This document shows, in pieces, positions 41,228 to 55,431 of a stretch of DNA of 64,000 bases; positions within the stretch are counted from its first letter, which is position 1, and each line of letters opens with the position of its first letter. The translations under genes and the position numbers were made by a program. The stretch comes from Eledone cirrhosa (lineage: Eukaryota). Where the stretch lies: assembly GCA_964016885.1 (NCBI GenBank), contig OZ024743.1, positions 59,334,001 through 59,398,000 on the forward strand. The letters are read 5' to 3'. The notes beneath the pieces were generated by a model, which had not been told where the DNA came from, did not search any database, and saw nothing but the letters and a program-made list of their open reading frames with translations.

Positions 41228-42095
41228 GTTTGTATATGTATAATAAAGCCAAAATAATGCAGGTATGGACATAGAATAAAGAATGCAAATGCAAAAGATA
41301 TTGTTTACAATTAGTCTTTTACCTTAGATTTATTTAAATGTCCTTAATTTTCGAGATAATATCTCTCCTTCGGAGGGAAATAAAGCTCTCAAACCAGTGT
41401 TCTAAATAGCTTGCCAAGTCATGCTGATAGGAAATGTTATAGAGTATCTGTTCTATCTCTAATGTCAAAGAGTTAGAATTAGGTGGATAAACAGTAGTCT
41501 CCCTTTAAAAGGTTTTTTTTTTTTTTTTTATACTTGCCTGTTTAAGTGTGTGGGAGAATGCATGAAGGTGTAGGTATGTGAGTGTGTGTGTGTGTGAGTG
41601 TGAGAAGATATGTCTATTCGTAAATGTGGGGGATAGGTGTTATCTGGTGTTAGAACTGGTTTTGTGTGTGTATGTGTGAGAGAGAAAAAGTGGAGGTGTA
41701 TGCGTGTGTGTGTGTGTGCGTGCGTGTGTGTGTGGGGGTGGGGGGGTAAATATGGGGCTAGAAGCTCTATCAGGTTATGAATTGGGTGTTGAGTTCTAGT
41801 CTATTATTGATCGGTGGTTGTCTTTTATCTATAATTAGTGCTTCCTTAATTCTAAGATTGCCGAGGTTTCTTTCCTTAGTTTCTATCCTAACTGTTATGG
41901 TTTTGTCGGTGTTTTTGCATTTAACTAGAGAGCTTTATTTCCCTTTGAAGAAGAGATATTATCTCGAAAATTAAGGACATTTAAATAAATCTAAGGTAAA
42001 AGACTAATTGTCAACAACATCTTTTGCATTTGCATTCTTTATTCTATGTCCATACCTGCATTGTTTTGGATTTATTATACATATACAAACTTTAT
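41225..42095. mobile_element. PLE family 4 3' end (GIY-YIG tail and UTR) with inverted arm
   Basis: Minus strand ~41770-41925 reads NLRIKEALIIDKRQPPINNRLE; 41930-42095 inverts 41225-41388; HHR motif in both arms. Confidence 0.8.
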
Positions 42096-42134
42096 ACCTC
42101 ATTACACAATGCTTCAAATGAACTATAGCCTCCT

Positions 42135-42196
<62 letters not shown>

Positions 42197-42201
<5 letters not shown>

Positions 42202-42555
42202 GGGGCTCCCAAATGAGCACTGAGTGAAATGTCAACTCTGGATGTCGGTGAGCATGTCCAGCCAACCTCAGTCTCCACTGTGTCACTTTTGAGCTGACTT
42301 TTGGGATGCTCCCATACAGCTCTGAGTTTTTCATCCTCAGTGTATACTGATTAATGTTCAGAGCCATCCTCAGCATTCTCGTGTAGCACCTACATGGACA
42401 CACTAGAAGAGGAAGACCAAGGTTAACGTATGTTGATGCCCTAAGGACAGACATTGGTCTGTTGGAGACGCAGGACATGGCAGCGATAATGAGGGACATA
42501 GACCGCTGGAGAGAACTCGTCCATGGATCTCGGGAATTTTACCCGCCTTAGAATA
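42197..42555. mobile_element. RTE-clade LINE 3' end with 5' inversion
   Basis: The minus part CYTRMLRMALNI...RLAGH...WEPLH continues on the plus strand as LHGHTRRGRPRLTYVD...DRWR. Confidence 0.8.
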
Positions 42556-43968
42556 TATATATATATTTATATATATATATGTATGTATACACTAATATAT
42601 ACAGAAGTTGTGTTTGTCCTATTCGATAGCTTATATATATATATATATATATATACACTAATATATACAGAAGCTGTCCCTGTCTTATCCTATAGCTTCG
42701 TTTCATTACAATTCTAAACTCCCAGTGGATTAACACACTTTCAAATTGTAAGTTGAATATTTTTTGTTCTGTTTATTATAGTTTGATATGTTTATTAATT
42801 ATTTGCACCTATGTTTTGGCTTTCTATATCGAAGGTGCTCGTTGAGTTCTTCGTGGCACGTTCATTTATCGAAATTGAATTTATGCCAACATGTTCCGTG
42901 AGAACGATCAAGACTAGCTAACTTCCGGTGTATTCCGCTGGAAAGCTAGTCGGATGTATCCTTTCCATGGATGCTAATCCCACTGAAGACGTGATTCTAG
43001 CCCCTTACGCAATGTTTATTAACCATATCTATGTACTGTGCACAGTTGTTTTATTTGGACTGGCGCTAGCAGATGGTGTTGCAGAAACTAATGCATTGGT
43101 CCTTGGTCGGATAATCAAATTTACGACCTACACAAAATAATTTTACTCACTAATTAAATTATTGAGTTAGTTAGAAAACGACCGAATCCGTGTGCGTCAT
43201 ATACGATAGCTTCATTTCACTACATATGTATAAAAACAATGTATGAAGCCATATTTTCGGCTTATAAGAAGTACTATAAAGTAGGAATATGAAATAGAAT
43301 GAAGACTCTTAAAAGACGGAAAAAGTATTTCCCAACGCGCCGGTATGAGAATTGAACCCCATATACCGGTTAGATACTTCAACCATTAAGCTATGTAGTC
43401 GTAGACAGGACTATTCCCCTCATTTTAATTAGTTTGCTCTAAAGAGCTTTCAGATGTCACCAAACAGGCAGAGAGACTGATAGACAGACATCCGTATATA
43501 AACATACAAACGAAATTCCGGCTGTTAAGCGTTGAGAATATATTAGTGTAAAGAATTTGCTCAAAATCAGAAATGCTATAAACATAGTTTATGTAAAATA
43601 GGGTGAATACGGTATCTGAAAAATTTGGAGTTCAATTCCTCATAGCGGCATTTGGCAAATAATTTTTCCCTCATTGAAGTGTTTCGTCTTATTTTATATA
43701 GGCTAACTGTATAGCACTCATGTGCCAAATAATGTGGTATGTCATCACACCATACTCTTCTTTGAATAGTTTTAGATATTTTCTTAACGCTGCTACGCGC
43801 AAATATTGAAAGAATTTATATTTATTGTTGACGGGAAATTATTATGCATCAAATCAAGTATATGATATTCATAAAACTGTCATAGTTTAAGCCTCTGTGG
43901 ATAATGTGTCTTAGAAAGCTGGAAGTTGACCTTCATAGTAGTTCCGACCCTGTCCACTTCATGTGTGT

Positions 43969-44021
<53 letters not shown>

Positions 44022-44177
44022 GTTGAGTGTGTATATGTTTATGTTCTGGATATTTATTTTTGTTTATATTTATTTTTTTTCCCCTATTTCCTTTTCGCCC
44101 GTTTTTTTCAGCCTCAGTTTCATATTTCCTAAATTTTGTTTTCAAATCCATATTTAATAAAAGCACCATGTTATTTA

Positions 44178-44238
44178 TTCATTCTGACGACTGTAGGCAG
44201 ACACAACATCTGCCTTCAAGAAACCACTGGTAAATGAA
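44178..44238 (+). ncRNA. Type I hammerhead ribozyme
   Basis: ttcatt CTGACGA c-tgtaggcaga-cacaaca-tctgccttca-a GAAAC cactg GTA aatgaa. Confidence 0.75.
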
Positions 44239-44639
44239 ATAATTATCGTATGTTGTTTATTACATAACTAATAAGCTCTGTAGCCTACATAGAACACTCT
44301 TTTTCCCTGAATCTTTCCGACGGAAATACTTCATTCACACATATATATATTGATTTTGCACGACAAAAATAAACGTTAGAATTTCAGTCCAAATGAAATG
44401 TTCGGATTACGTTTCTTTGTATATCAGCTGTTGTATTTGGCGGGTTATTATACATCTTATCTGATATTGTGGCTACAGTAATTTCAATATGGGGATTCGA
44501 TTTCTATATCTTTAGAGGAAATATTATAAACTTTGTTATTTTCGTGTATGATGTAATTGTTTCTGATTCAGGAACAAGGTACACTATTTTTCAGGAAGAG
44601 GAAAGTCGAATAAATTCACCGCAGTGCCTTACATGAGCT

Positions 44640-44765
44640 TTATTTTATCGATAAATGATAAATGTCAAAGTTAACCTTGACGGGATTTGAACACAGAACG
44701 TAAAGAGGAGTAACTATATAGCGTAAAGGAAGTTGCTCGATGGTCAAATGACTCCGCCAAGCCAC
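44640..44765 (-). mobile_element. Old diverged Nin/Deu-like SINE
   Basis: Decayed reverse-complement core and B-box. Confidence 0.6.
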
Positions 44766-44999
44766 GGCCTTACTCATCTGTATAACATAGAAATTCATTA
44801 ATCGAACGAATACAATATCAAACATGTTATTTGGAGCGTAGCTTTGAAAGGAATAGATCAGAGAACCTTATCATGTTTATGGATTTTCACAGTGCCATAT
44901 ATATATATCGATTATATATATATATATATAAATACACACACACATATATGTGTATATATACATGCACACACACGCACACACATACATATATACACACAC

Positions 45000-45091
<92 letters not shown>

Positions 45092-45102
45092 CTGTTACCC
45101 CG

Positions 45103-45133
<31 letters not shown>

Positions 45134-46886
45134 CTGCACTGAACTTTCATTTTTTGTATTAGAGCGGAATAGATACTATTCCTAACGTTGCTGCAGTAAT
45201 TAATTAATTCAGCGCATTTTCATAGTAGCAGTATGTTGTCATTCTTTACTTTGAGCAATTCGCTCTTCTCATTTAGTATACTAATTATATTTGAAGCGTA
45301 CTGCCTTTTTCTATCAATTTTTCTATGATCAGGAGTTATCATCAATATATACTGATTTATGTCCATTCTTGTCCTTATTTTGAATTGTTTTTTGGTGTTT
45401 AGAATAATTCAGACCGTGGTCTAGGGGTCAGACAGATGTTAGTGGAGTCTCTTTACTAATATATCCGAATGTCTTTGTTCCTAATACCCAATGGGGAAGC
45501 AAATTATGCATATCCCTACACTGCATCTCAGGGAAATGTCAGTGGGGTTGGTTTTCGGATACAAGGGAGAGATATGGGCTTAGGTAATGAACAGATTTGT
45601 TTGTGATGTGTCAGTTGTTTAGTGGTGTTCTGGCTAGAGTGAAATCTACGAATGTTCGATTTAGTGGCTTAAGTATGTTTATGATTTTCATCTTATATTC
45701 AATATTTTCATTTGATGAAGCACTGAAACGTGATGGAAAGAAAACAATTCATATATTTATGTCAACAATAATTGCCATCTGTGTAAGTGACCCATATATT
45801 TGACAGTGGTATGAGGTATAGATACATGTCTGTAGTCATTTTAGACATTGGTCTGATTAAATGTATCTATTTAATGTATCTATATATATAGTATAATATA
45901 TCTATATATTACAAAACATAGTGGTGTTGTTTGCTGAGAGTAGATACATTTCTGCAATAGATGCAAGGAAGTTTAACAATGTGATGTGTGGTTTGACCCA
46001 ATGGAAACCAAACTCTATACATACTTCAACAAGAGACATACTCTGACGAGGTGGATGGCAAATTTACAGACCAGATATAAGCAGGAGGAGAAATAGTTGA
46101 TTGGTATTAAATAATCTAAGAAACTCACGCAATTCTGGTAGTTTCTTATCAACCTTTACCAACAAATATTTAAATGAAAAATCAATAGAGCAAGTCGACT
46201 GGCATAATTAGCAAACAATTGAACATTTTGAAAGAAAGCCACTCACACAGTGTAGAATTACACGAAGCAATTACACGAAACAATTACAGGAATAAGCCAA
46301 ACGCCACTTACACGAAAAAAGAAGAAAAAAATATAACAAGAATATATAAAATACGAATTCAATTGTTGTTAAAAAAGAAAGCTGAATTGGAAATTAGTAT
46401 GGTAAAGGAGGGGACGAGCAAGGACTACTAGACAAAGAAAGAAAGAAATGTGGAAGGGATGAGGATGACAGACTCTACACCTAGTTCAGAGCGGTGTTTC
46501 GGCTTCACTCCGTTGACAAAGTGGTAAAAGCATTTTACCGGAAGATGGCCAGTGACACGCGCTGCAACAGTCCCCTCCCGCCACCTTGCAGGGCTCCTTT
46601 CTAAGATGGGCTGCTATGGATCCGAGTTTTAAAAATCAAAATCAAAGATACAATTTTTATTCCTAAGAATTGAAAAATTAAGAGAATATTTTGAAGCAGC
46701 TAAAATATTTCTAAAATATAAACACAAATAAATGTACTTAGAACTTGCTTTGAGTGAAATCAAGAAAACCATAGAGCTTGAAAGATATAAAGTACAAACA
46801 TTTTGGTTGGTGAAATTTCAACTGAATTGTAGTACATGTTTGGTAAAATATTTCAGGGGTAACAAGTAAGAAGTAAAAGGATAATA

Positions 46887-47070
46887 ATTGTTTCTACTTT
46901 TAGCACAAGGCCAGAAATTACCCAGTACATTACTGGTACTTTATTTTATCGACCTCGTAAGGATGAAAGGCAAAGTTATCCTCGGCGGGATTGGAAATCA
47001 GAATGACAAGGCCCGTAACTCTGTGAGTCAAAGTATGGAGTTCGACCTTCTACCGATACTGTCAATCCAA
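46887..47070 (-). mobile_element. Nin/Deu-like SINE
   Basis: Reverse complement of the consensus seen at 24760. Confidence 0.82.
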
Positions 47071-47490
47071 TGACGATAATGATGGTGATGATGATGATGA
47101 TGTTAACGATGGTGACAATGAGGATGGTGACGAAAACATGATGGTGATAGTGATGGTGATGATAATGATGATGATAACGACTATGACAACGGTGATGATG
47201 ATGTTGTTGATGATAGTGATGATGATGATGATGACCATGAGGATGGTGACGAAGAGGATGGTGACAAGGACGATGATGCTGATGCTGCTGATGATGATGA
47301 TGTGGATGGTGACGAGGATGGTGATGACGATGGTGATGAGGATGATGATGTATGATAATGATGAAAGATGACGGTGATGACGACTACGACAACGGTGATG
47401 GTGTTGTTGCTGCTGATAGAAATGATGATTATTATGATGAAGATGAAGATGATGGTGATGACGTGGATGATGAGAATTATGAGAATGATA
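47070..47490 (+). repeat. Degenerate (GAT)n microsatellite
   Basis: Directly visible. Confidence 0.95.
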
Positions 47491-48175
47491 TTACAACATT
47501 GATGTGCATAACCAGTTTCTGTTCTTAAATCTTAACTACTCACATCAAAAGAATTTGGAATTATATATTTTTTTGCTACCACCAAGTAAAGCACTCCCTA
47601 CCTTCCTTTCTTCTCTGCACGATAAAGAAGACATATTTGTCTTCTTTCACTATGGAGATATATAAAAATCTCAAGTATGTCTGCTTCAATGGGTCTCGTC
47701 TATAATGTTGTCAATTCCATCATCAACATCCCACGCAATATTCCATCCAATACGTATCTGTCCTTATATTTATTTTATCCATTTAATAATTGCTTATCAG
47801 ACATATATTCACAATTATCTTGTTCATCAATTCAAACGGATTTTCTTTCAGTATATTTTCTTTTAATATTACCTCAACTACGATTTCTTGCCATTTCTTT
47901 CTATTTAGTCCTCATAATTTATCCTGTATAATGCTTTTTTCACTATACAAATATTGTTCACACTTTTTCTATTGTCTTAAATTTTCTCTTCGCTACTTCC
48001 GACAACACACAGAAAATATAACGTCCTTCCAGAATAAAATACACAAGTGGTACAAAGCACATATCTCATCGATCCGAGGGTGATTAACGACAAAGGAAAC
48101 CCTAGAAATATTTCAACTCAAAACGAGAAGTGCACTACAGTTTCTATTATAAAAAAAACAAATAGACTAACTCCC

Positions 48176-48271
<96 letters not shown>

Positions 48272-48280
48272 AGTGTGTGT

Positions 48281-48363
<83 letters not shown>

Positions 48364-48545
48364 GGCTGGGTGCTGGGAGGTGGTTTGCATTCATGTCTAC
48401 ATGTATATGTCCTGAATGTTGCAACCGCTAGTTATTTTCAGAAATGTAATGACAAATGAAATATTGGTACGTTGCTTGATTGGATATGACGATCAACTGA
48501 CACGTGTACACACACATACACACACACATACACACACAGACCAAC

Positions 48546-48607
<62 letters not shown>

Positions 48608-48687
48608 TATATATATAAATAAAGTATTTCCGTAGGAAAGTTAAAGAAAAAGAGAGTACTCTATGTAGGCCACAGAGCTTTTTAGTT

Positions 48688-48808
48688 ATGTAATGAACAA
48701 CATAAGATAATTATTTCATTTAGTATTGGTTTCTTGAAGACAGAGAAAAGTATATGTCTTCAAGAAACCATTGGTAAATGAAATTATTATCTTATGTTGT
48801 TTATTATA
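48688..48808. mobile_element. Fold-back of the 44.2 kb HHR family, centred on stem II
   Basis: ggtttcttgaagaca-loop-tgtcttcaagaaacc; the right arm matches 44210-44265. Confidence 0.75.
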
Positions 48809-48882
48809 TAATTATATATTTATATATATATATATATATAATATATTAACAAATGGAAACTATATTTATAAAGCCATATTTT

Positions 48883-48945
48883 ATTTCATTATATATATTT
48901 CAATGACACCAAAGCAAATTATGGTGCGCTTTCATCAGATAAAAT
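48883..48945 (-). ncRNA. Minimal type I HHR (AUA site)
   Basis: attttat CTGATGA aa..gcacca-loop-tggtgt..tt GAAAT atat ATA atgaaat; decayed homologue at ~31790-31855. Confidence 0.65.
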
Positions 48946-49025
48946 ATAATATAGATCAGTTTTTTAAACAAATATTGACATACCCTTAAAGAATGCGACT
49001 ATGTCGGTTGGAAGCTCCCGGATAG

Positions 49026-49098
<73 letters not shown>

Positions 49099-49139
49099 AA
49101 GAACACAAGAGCGTCTACAACGTCAACAGATTTTTATTG

Positions 49140-49184
49140 GCTTACAATGTTTCTTCCTTACGTAAACGTAGGATTCGTCAGAGC
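49140..49184 (-). ncRNA. Type I HHR (left arm)
   Basis: gct CTGACGA a-tcctacg-ttta-cgtaagga-a GAAAC att GTA agc. Confidence 0.72.
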
Positions 49185-51635
49185 TATAAAAGGGGTTTGA
49201 TTGGTGTTATGGACTCTACCAACCAAACATTCAAGAACAAAGAGTAAAGAGAGTAAAGAGCAAAAAGTAGGGGACGATAAGTCTAATTTTGGTGCAGGAG
49301 GGTGGGGTGTGGTTCCTTGTTTACTAGCTGCGGTCATATTCATTCCCGGGAGTCGGCTGGTTAGGTGAACCATAGATGGGGTGGCGTCGATAGTATGGTG
49401 CAGAGGGTGCGCAGAGGCTACACAAACACAAAGGGCGTACCATATATATATAGCGGAGGAGAAAGTACATGAGGTAATTAGAAAGGGAAAAAGAGTAATA
49501 ATAATAATCTATAATTAATAGTGTATAATAAGGCATGGGGAAGATTACACTATAATAAGGTATAAAAGTAATAATAAGGTAAAATATAAAGGAGGATAAA
49601 AGGATAAAAGGATATGATCAAGTGTGATTAGTTGAGAGAATATAAGATGATAATAGTTATGTCAAGTTTATACATCTTAATAATAGATAATTTGTGTATC
49701 AGAGTTGTAGAACCTTCAATTCACTTACGGGTTCAAGCCACGTGGCATGGTCCATTGTTTATTTGTGCGGTCATGTGCGTTTGTTTTTGACACCATAGCA
49801 GATGCACAAGTTTGTAAATTCCAATGCAGATAGAAATCTATTTTTGCTCACCCGGACATTGACGGAGGATCCAATATTCCTAGTTCAATATGTGTTTGGT
49901 ATTATTTTGGTCGCACAAATCAATCAATTGGTTCAATATATGGAGTATGGTTTTCTGGTCTTCGTAACAGTGTCAGTGGTTGTAGGACCAGAACACCATT
50001 CTCCGCAATAAGAGAGCGAAATGCGCTTGCCGGACTATTGATGACCATAACATCACATTCCAAGGTAATGGCAAAACACAGTGAATGCTATGCACGACCA
50101 GAACACCACAGCATGCATATCCGAGCAACACAGATATAATATCAATAGGGGAATCAACTGAATTTTTTGAGTTGAAATACATATGGATATGTGTCTGTGT
50201 GTATCGGACACATGTACACATAAAGAAGCTGTTGACCTAAATATACCTGTCATACCTGTCTGAATTCCTAAGGGAATTGTCGGCCAGTTACTGTCTTGAC
50301 CGATTGTAGTACCACTGGGTGAATCATTTGAGTTTTTTGAGTTGAAATACATATAAATATGTGTCTGTGTGTGTCGGACACATGTACACATAAAGAAGCT
50401 GCCGACCTAAATATGCCTGTCATGCCTGCCTGAATTTTCGGTCAGTTGCTGACTTGACCGATTAACCCCACAATTACTACGTAGCGCTCCTTGCACGTGA
50501 CTGCTGGACCCGGATGAAACGAAGACGAAGAATTTCCTTGCGTACCGTTTTGTACCACAGATGCGATCTCACCCTGCTTCGTTAATGTCCTATCGACACC
50601 AAAGTTCAACGTTCGGGCGAATAGATTTGAATCCAACCACCAACAACATAGCTGGATGACCGATAATCACACCAAACCGGAGTACTGTGATCCTTGTGAT
50701 TTCCAGATATACAACCACTGACACTGTTACGAAGACCAGAAAACCATACTCCATATATTGAACCAATTGATTGATTTGTGCGACCAAAATAACACCAAAC
50801 ACATATTGAACTAGGAATATTGGATCCTCCGTCAATGTCCGGGTGAGCAAAAATAGATTTCTATCTGCATTGGAATTTACAAACTTGTGCATCTGCTGTG
50901 GTGTCAAAAACAAACGCACATGACCGCACAAATAAACAATGGACCATGCCACGTGGCTTGAACCCGTAAGTGAATTGAAGGTTCTGCAACTCTGATACAC
51001 AGATTATCTATTATTAAGATGTATAAACTTGACATAACTATTATCATCTTATATTCTCTCAACTAATCACACTTGATCATATTTCTCTATCCCGTTTTCT
51101 CCCCCCATAATTATTATATTTTTATTATTATTTGAAAAAAATCGGTTTTTTTACATTGTGTTTTCCCCTCCAAATATTCGCTTATATTTCTTTATATATT
51201 CTCTATATATTTTTTTTATCTTTATTATTTCCACTTTTATCCTCCTTTATATTTTACCTTATTATTTCTTTTATACCTTACCCCATGCCTTATTATACAC
51301 TATTAATTATAGATTATTATTATTACTCTTTTTCCATTTCTAATTACATCATGTACTTTCTCCTGCGCTATATATATATGGTACGCCCTTTGTGTTTGTG
51401 TAGCCTCTGCGCACCCTCTGCACCATACTATCGACGCCACCCCATCTATGGTTCAGCTAACCAGCCGACTCCCGGGAATGAATATGACCGCAGCTAGTAA
51501 ACACGGACCCACACCCCACCCTCCCGCACCAAAGTTAGACTTATCGTCCCCTACTTTTGCTCTTTACTCTCTTTACTCTTTGTTCTTGAATGTTTGGTTG
51601 GTAGAGTCCATAACACCAATCAAACCCCTTTTATA

Positions 51636-51680
51636 GCTCTGACGAATCCTACGGTTACGTAAGGAAGAAACATTGTAAGC
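51636..51680 (+). ncRNA. Type I HHR (right arm)
   Basis: gct CTGACGA a-tcctacg-gtta-cgtaagga-a GAAAC att GTA agc. Confidence 0.72.
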
Positions 51681-51827
51681 CAATAAAAATCTTTTGATGT
51701 TGTAGACGCTCTTGTGTTCTTTTTCATATATACGGCTCTGCTCCAAAGCATAGAGCTAGTTATTATGCTGCCAATACCTTAATGGGACACGGGTATACAA
51801 TACCTAACTCCTATTAACCTAGGTATT

Positions 51828-51932
<105 letters not shown>

Positions 51933-52599
51933 TTATATATGAGTGTATATATTTATTCATTTAATATGACTAATTAATGCGTGTGCACAGCTGAAACTCC
52001 AAATATATATATAAATGGGTGGGGGTGTGGGTAATTTGTAGGATAATTTAATCTAAAATGTTGCACGGGCGTAAGGAAGAAGTGATAAATAAATCCCAGT
52101 GTTCGAACAAAATATACAACATTTTTATTAGTCGTTCACCTGTTTTATAGAAGTAAATTTAGGCAACCGACATAAACTTAACAAAACGTTTTGCAACAAT
52201 TAGTTGTATCTGTCTCATCAATTTCATTAGATATTTAAAAAAAAATACATTTAGCAGTGGCAATCATCTAATGAGGACAAGTTTGAATACCGCAATGCCA
52301 TACTGATAACAGGAGAGAAACACATAATATTATATGAGCCGTTAAACATGGAATAGTATGTATGAAAATAAATGTAAATGAAATCTGGATAACACCTGTA
52401 ATAATAGTAATACGTGTAATTTATTAAATATATTTCACCCATAATATGTTTAGATACGTATGTTTTATATCGTCACACGATCTATACACAGACACAAAGA
52501 GATACACATATACACAAACACAAAAAGGCAGACACACACATATATATATATTTTTTCCTGCTCTTATATATATACGTTGAGGGTTCATATTCCACTAAA

Positions 52600-52943
52600 A
52601 CAGACGACCAAACAGACGCATACTGCCACACACTTAAACAGGCATGTACAATAAAATCCAATTTAAAGGGAGACTACTCTTTATCCACCTAACCTTAACT
52701 CTTTGACATTAGAGATAGAACAGATACTCTATACCATTTCCTGTCAGCATGACTTGGCAAGCTATTTAGAACACTGGTTTAACCGCTTTACTTCCCTCCG
52801 AAGAAGAGATATTATCTCGAAAATTAAGGATATTTAAATAAATCTAAGGTAAAAGACTAATTGTCAACACTATCTTTTGCATTTGCATTCTTTATTCTAT
52901 GTCCATACCTGCATTGTTTTGGCTTTATTATACATATACAAAC

Positions 52944-52950
<7 letters not shown>
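52600..52950 (+). mobile_element. Another PLE family 4 3' UTR copy with HHR at 52795-52829
   Basis: Matches 41225-41550 inverted; cct CCGAAGA a gagat-att-atctc GAAAA TTA agg. Confidence 0.75.
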
Positions 52951-52990
<40 letters not shown>

Positions 52991-52998
52991 TAGATATG

Positions 52999-53055
<57 letters not shown>

Positions 53056-53294
53056 GTTGCGTGTCGTTTTAACGATACCTTTTGCCACCAATTTTCAATT
53101 GCATTTGTTACCTACATCGACAAACCTATCTCATACACAATGCCTACTCAGATAGACACAGTTAGGCTCCTTCACAAACTGTATGTATTTGAAACAGTCT
53201 TTTTCCTGACCGATGTATCAAATGTACATTTCTCCTCCACCTATCGTGATTTTGTCAATTGCTGCAAACGCGTCAAGGAAACACCTTTTTCCTG

Positions 53295-53541
53295 ATCCGT
53301 AACACTGATAATGTCGCAGATGTGCAACGAAAGAACTTTGATAGGCTGTATATATATATATATATATATTTATATCGGTATTTTTAACCGTTGGTCAATC
53401 AATGATAAACATTGATTGCCAAATAAATAAATTAACTATGGAGATATAAAATATACAGAAGCGAAAACCAACCAAACAGTGAGTGTGTTCTGTTATTATT
53501 TATGCCAATATTATTACAACAATATGACATTCCCCAAGTAT

Positions 53542-53550
<9 letters not shown>
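53295..53550 (+). mobile_element. Diverged relative of the Neptune-like pLTR
   Basis: HHR-like core, hairpin, gaagcgaaaaccaaccaaacagtgagtgtgttctg and ATG ACA TTC CCC AAG match 63020-63275. Confidence 0.75.
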
Positions 53551-53573
<23 letters not shown>

Positions 53574-53574
<1 letters not shown>

Positions 53575-53741
53575 ACGAAGGAAATGTAGTAAGGAACCAG
53601 GTGGACCATAACGCACCAAAGTACTCAATACTAAGGGTAGTAGAGTGGGTAATAGGAACGAGTAGGACCCCGACGGCTGACCTCAAGAATTAGCCGTCGA
53701 AACGGCTTGAGCTCAGCCGTCGGGGTCCTACTCGTTCCTAT
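53574..53741. mobile_element. Tiny fold-back insertion of the PLE family 2 3' end
   Basis: Same architecture as 16126-16312. Confidence 0.85.
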
Positions 53742-54624
53742 ATATATATATATATATATATACATATCAAATTACAAAATATGAGGAAATAATAGACAAA
53801 AACATACATGTTTTTTCTTCAAAGTCCCAAATGCAGTTTCGCCGATCCGTGAAAAAGACTGATCAGGAAAAAGACGGATCAGGAAATAATAAGACTGTTT
53901 CCTTGACGCGTTTGGAGCTGTGAGAAAATCTCTATAAGCGGAGGGAGAGATTAACATGTGATACATCTATCAAGAAAAAGGATCGTTTCTTTTGTAGAAG
54001 ACGGGTAGTAAGGTGGGCAGAAAGTGAATATCGTATTTGCTAGAATAATCAGTTATTATACTCTAGGGTTAACTCGAATATAGGGGAGTTAGAGAGAATA
54101 TAATAATGAATTACACACCATATTCCCACCATATATATATATATAACAGCAGAAGGCCGGAGAGTGAATATGGTTTGTGAAGTTTTAATGTTCCGAAAAA
54201 CATTATATATATTTCAATGACCAGGTTAAACCATCCGATTATAACGCAAGTACTTGGCGACATTGTCATGTCCGGATTCTCTGATTTTGGTTTACGTATT
54301 CATTTTATTGATTTTTTAAATAGGCAATCCGCCCTTCCCGATGTTGCTAGGGTCTTGCTCATAATCGGTTGATGTGTCTTGACTATTGAAATATGTGTAA
54401 TACTTTTTTTTACGTTAAAACTTTAAAAGGATATTTCCAGACCCAACTCATGTTGCTTTAAATAAAGATTTTATTCCGTTCCTGCACCGGCGACGGGATT
54501 CAACATCTACAATTGATGAGTTGCATAACATAGAATGCTTTTCTTACGATTCCATTGTGGTTTACTAACCATAAAGATCGGTCCTATCCATTGGTGAACC
54601 ACACAATCTAAATGGTGTATATAT

Positions 54625-54835
54625 ATATTTATTAAAATAACAGATTAAAGTTTAAGCAAAGAATCGCTGCTTTCACCCTTAACGGGATCTTAAGGGTGAA
54701 AGCATCGATTCTTTGCTTAAACTTTAATCTGTTATTTTAATAAATATTTGCTCTACGGTTCTTATATATTTGATATATATTTATCCTTATCGAGCCCTCT
54801 TTGGATTTTAGTCTTCAAATTTATTATTATTACTA
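54625..54835. mobile_element. Tiny fold-back insertion of the PLE family 1 3' end
   Basis: Matches 5722-5875; the inversion point lies in HHR stem II (~54690). Confidence 0.85.
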
Positions 54836-55431
54836 TATATATATATATATAGCGGCGATGAATTAGTTTTGCGAGGTTTTTTATATAAAATCGTGTGTCG
54901 AAACAGATATTGTTATATTTGGGGAGGGTCATATTTGCGTAATATTGCCAGAATTAATAACAGAACACACTCACTGTTTGGTTGGTTTTCGCTTCTCGCT
55001 GTCTTTTATATATATATATTTGCGATCTAACTTACTCGGTCCTCAATGTTGCCATTGACTGACCGGCGGTCAAAAATAATACAGATACAATATAGACACA
55101 AACACATATATATAGTTTACACAATTTACATAAATCTTTCGTTGCGCATCTGCAACATCGTCAGTGGTGTTATATTCATTGTTCCTCCTGTTGTGTTGTA
55201 TGTCTACGCCATTTTTTTGTTCAGTCTGTCTATATATTTATTTATTTATTTGCTTGTTTGTTTATCTTATTTTATTTTGTCTTCTTTGCGCATGCGTTTG
55301 CGTGTGTGTATAGTGTTATGTGTGATGTGTGACTAGTGTGTATAGTGTTGTGTCTGCTGGGTGACTAGTGTGTGTTTATGTGCTTGTGTATGTATTTATT
55401 TATCTTATTTTATTTAATTTTATTTACTTAT

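Noticed and set aside
43330-43720. tRNA-like boxes in inverted orientation
   Set aside because: No full cloverleaf; probably two old SINE heads, too decayed to call.
45190-45900. Possible decayed PLE endonuclease (ILNEKSEL, minus strand)
   Set aside because: A single short motif; insufficient without a profile search.
55046-55336. Repeated 96 aa ORF (also at 59177 and 62853)
   Set aside because: Antisense to the PLE 3' UTR; repeated only because the UTR is duplicated.
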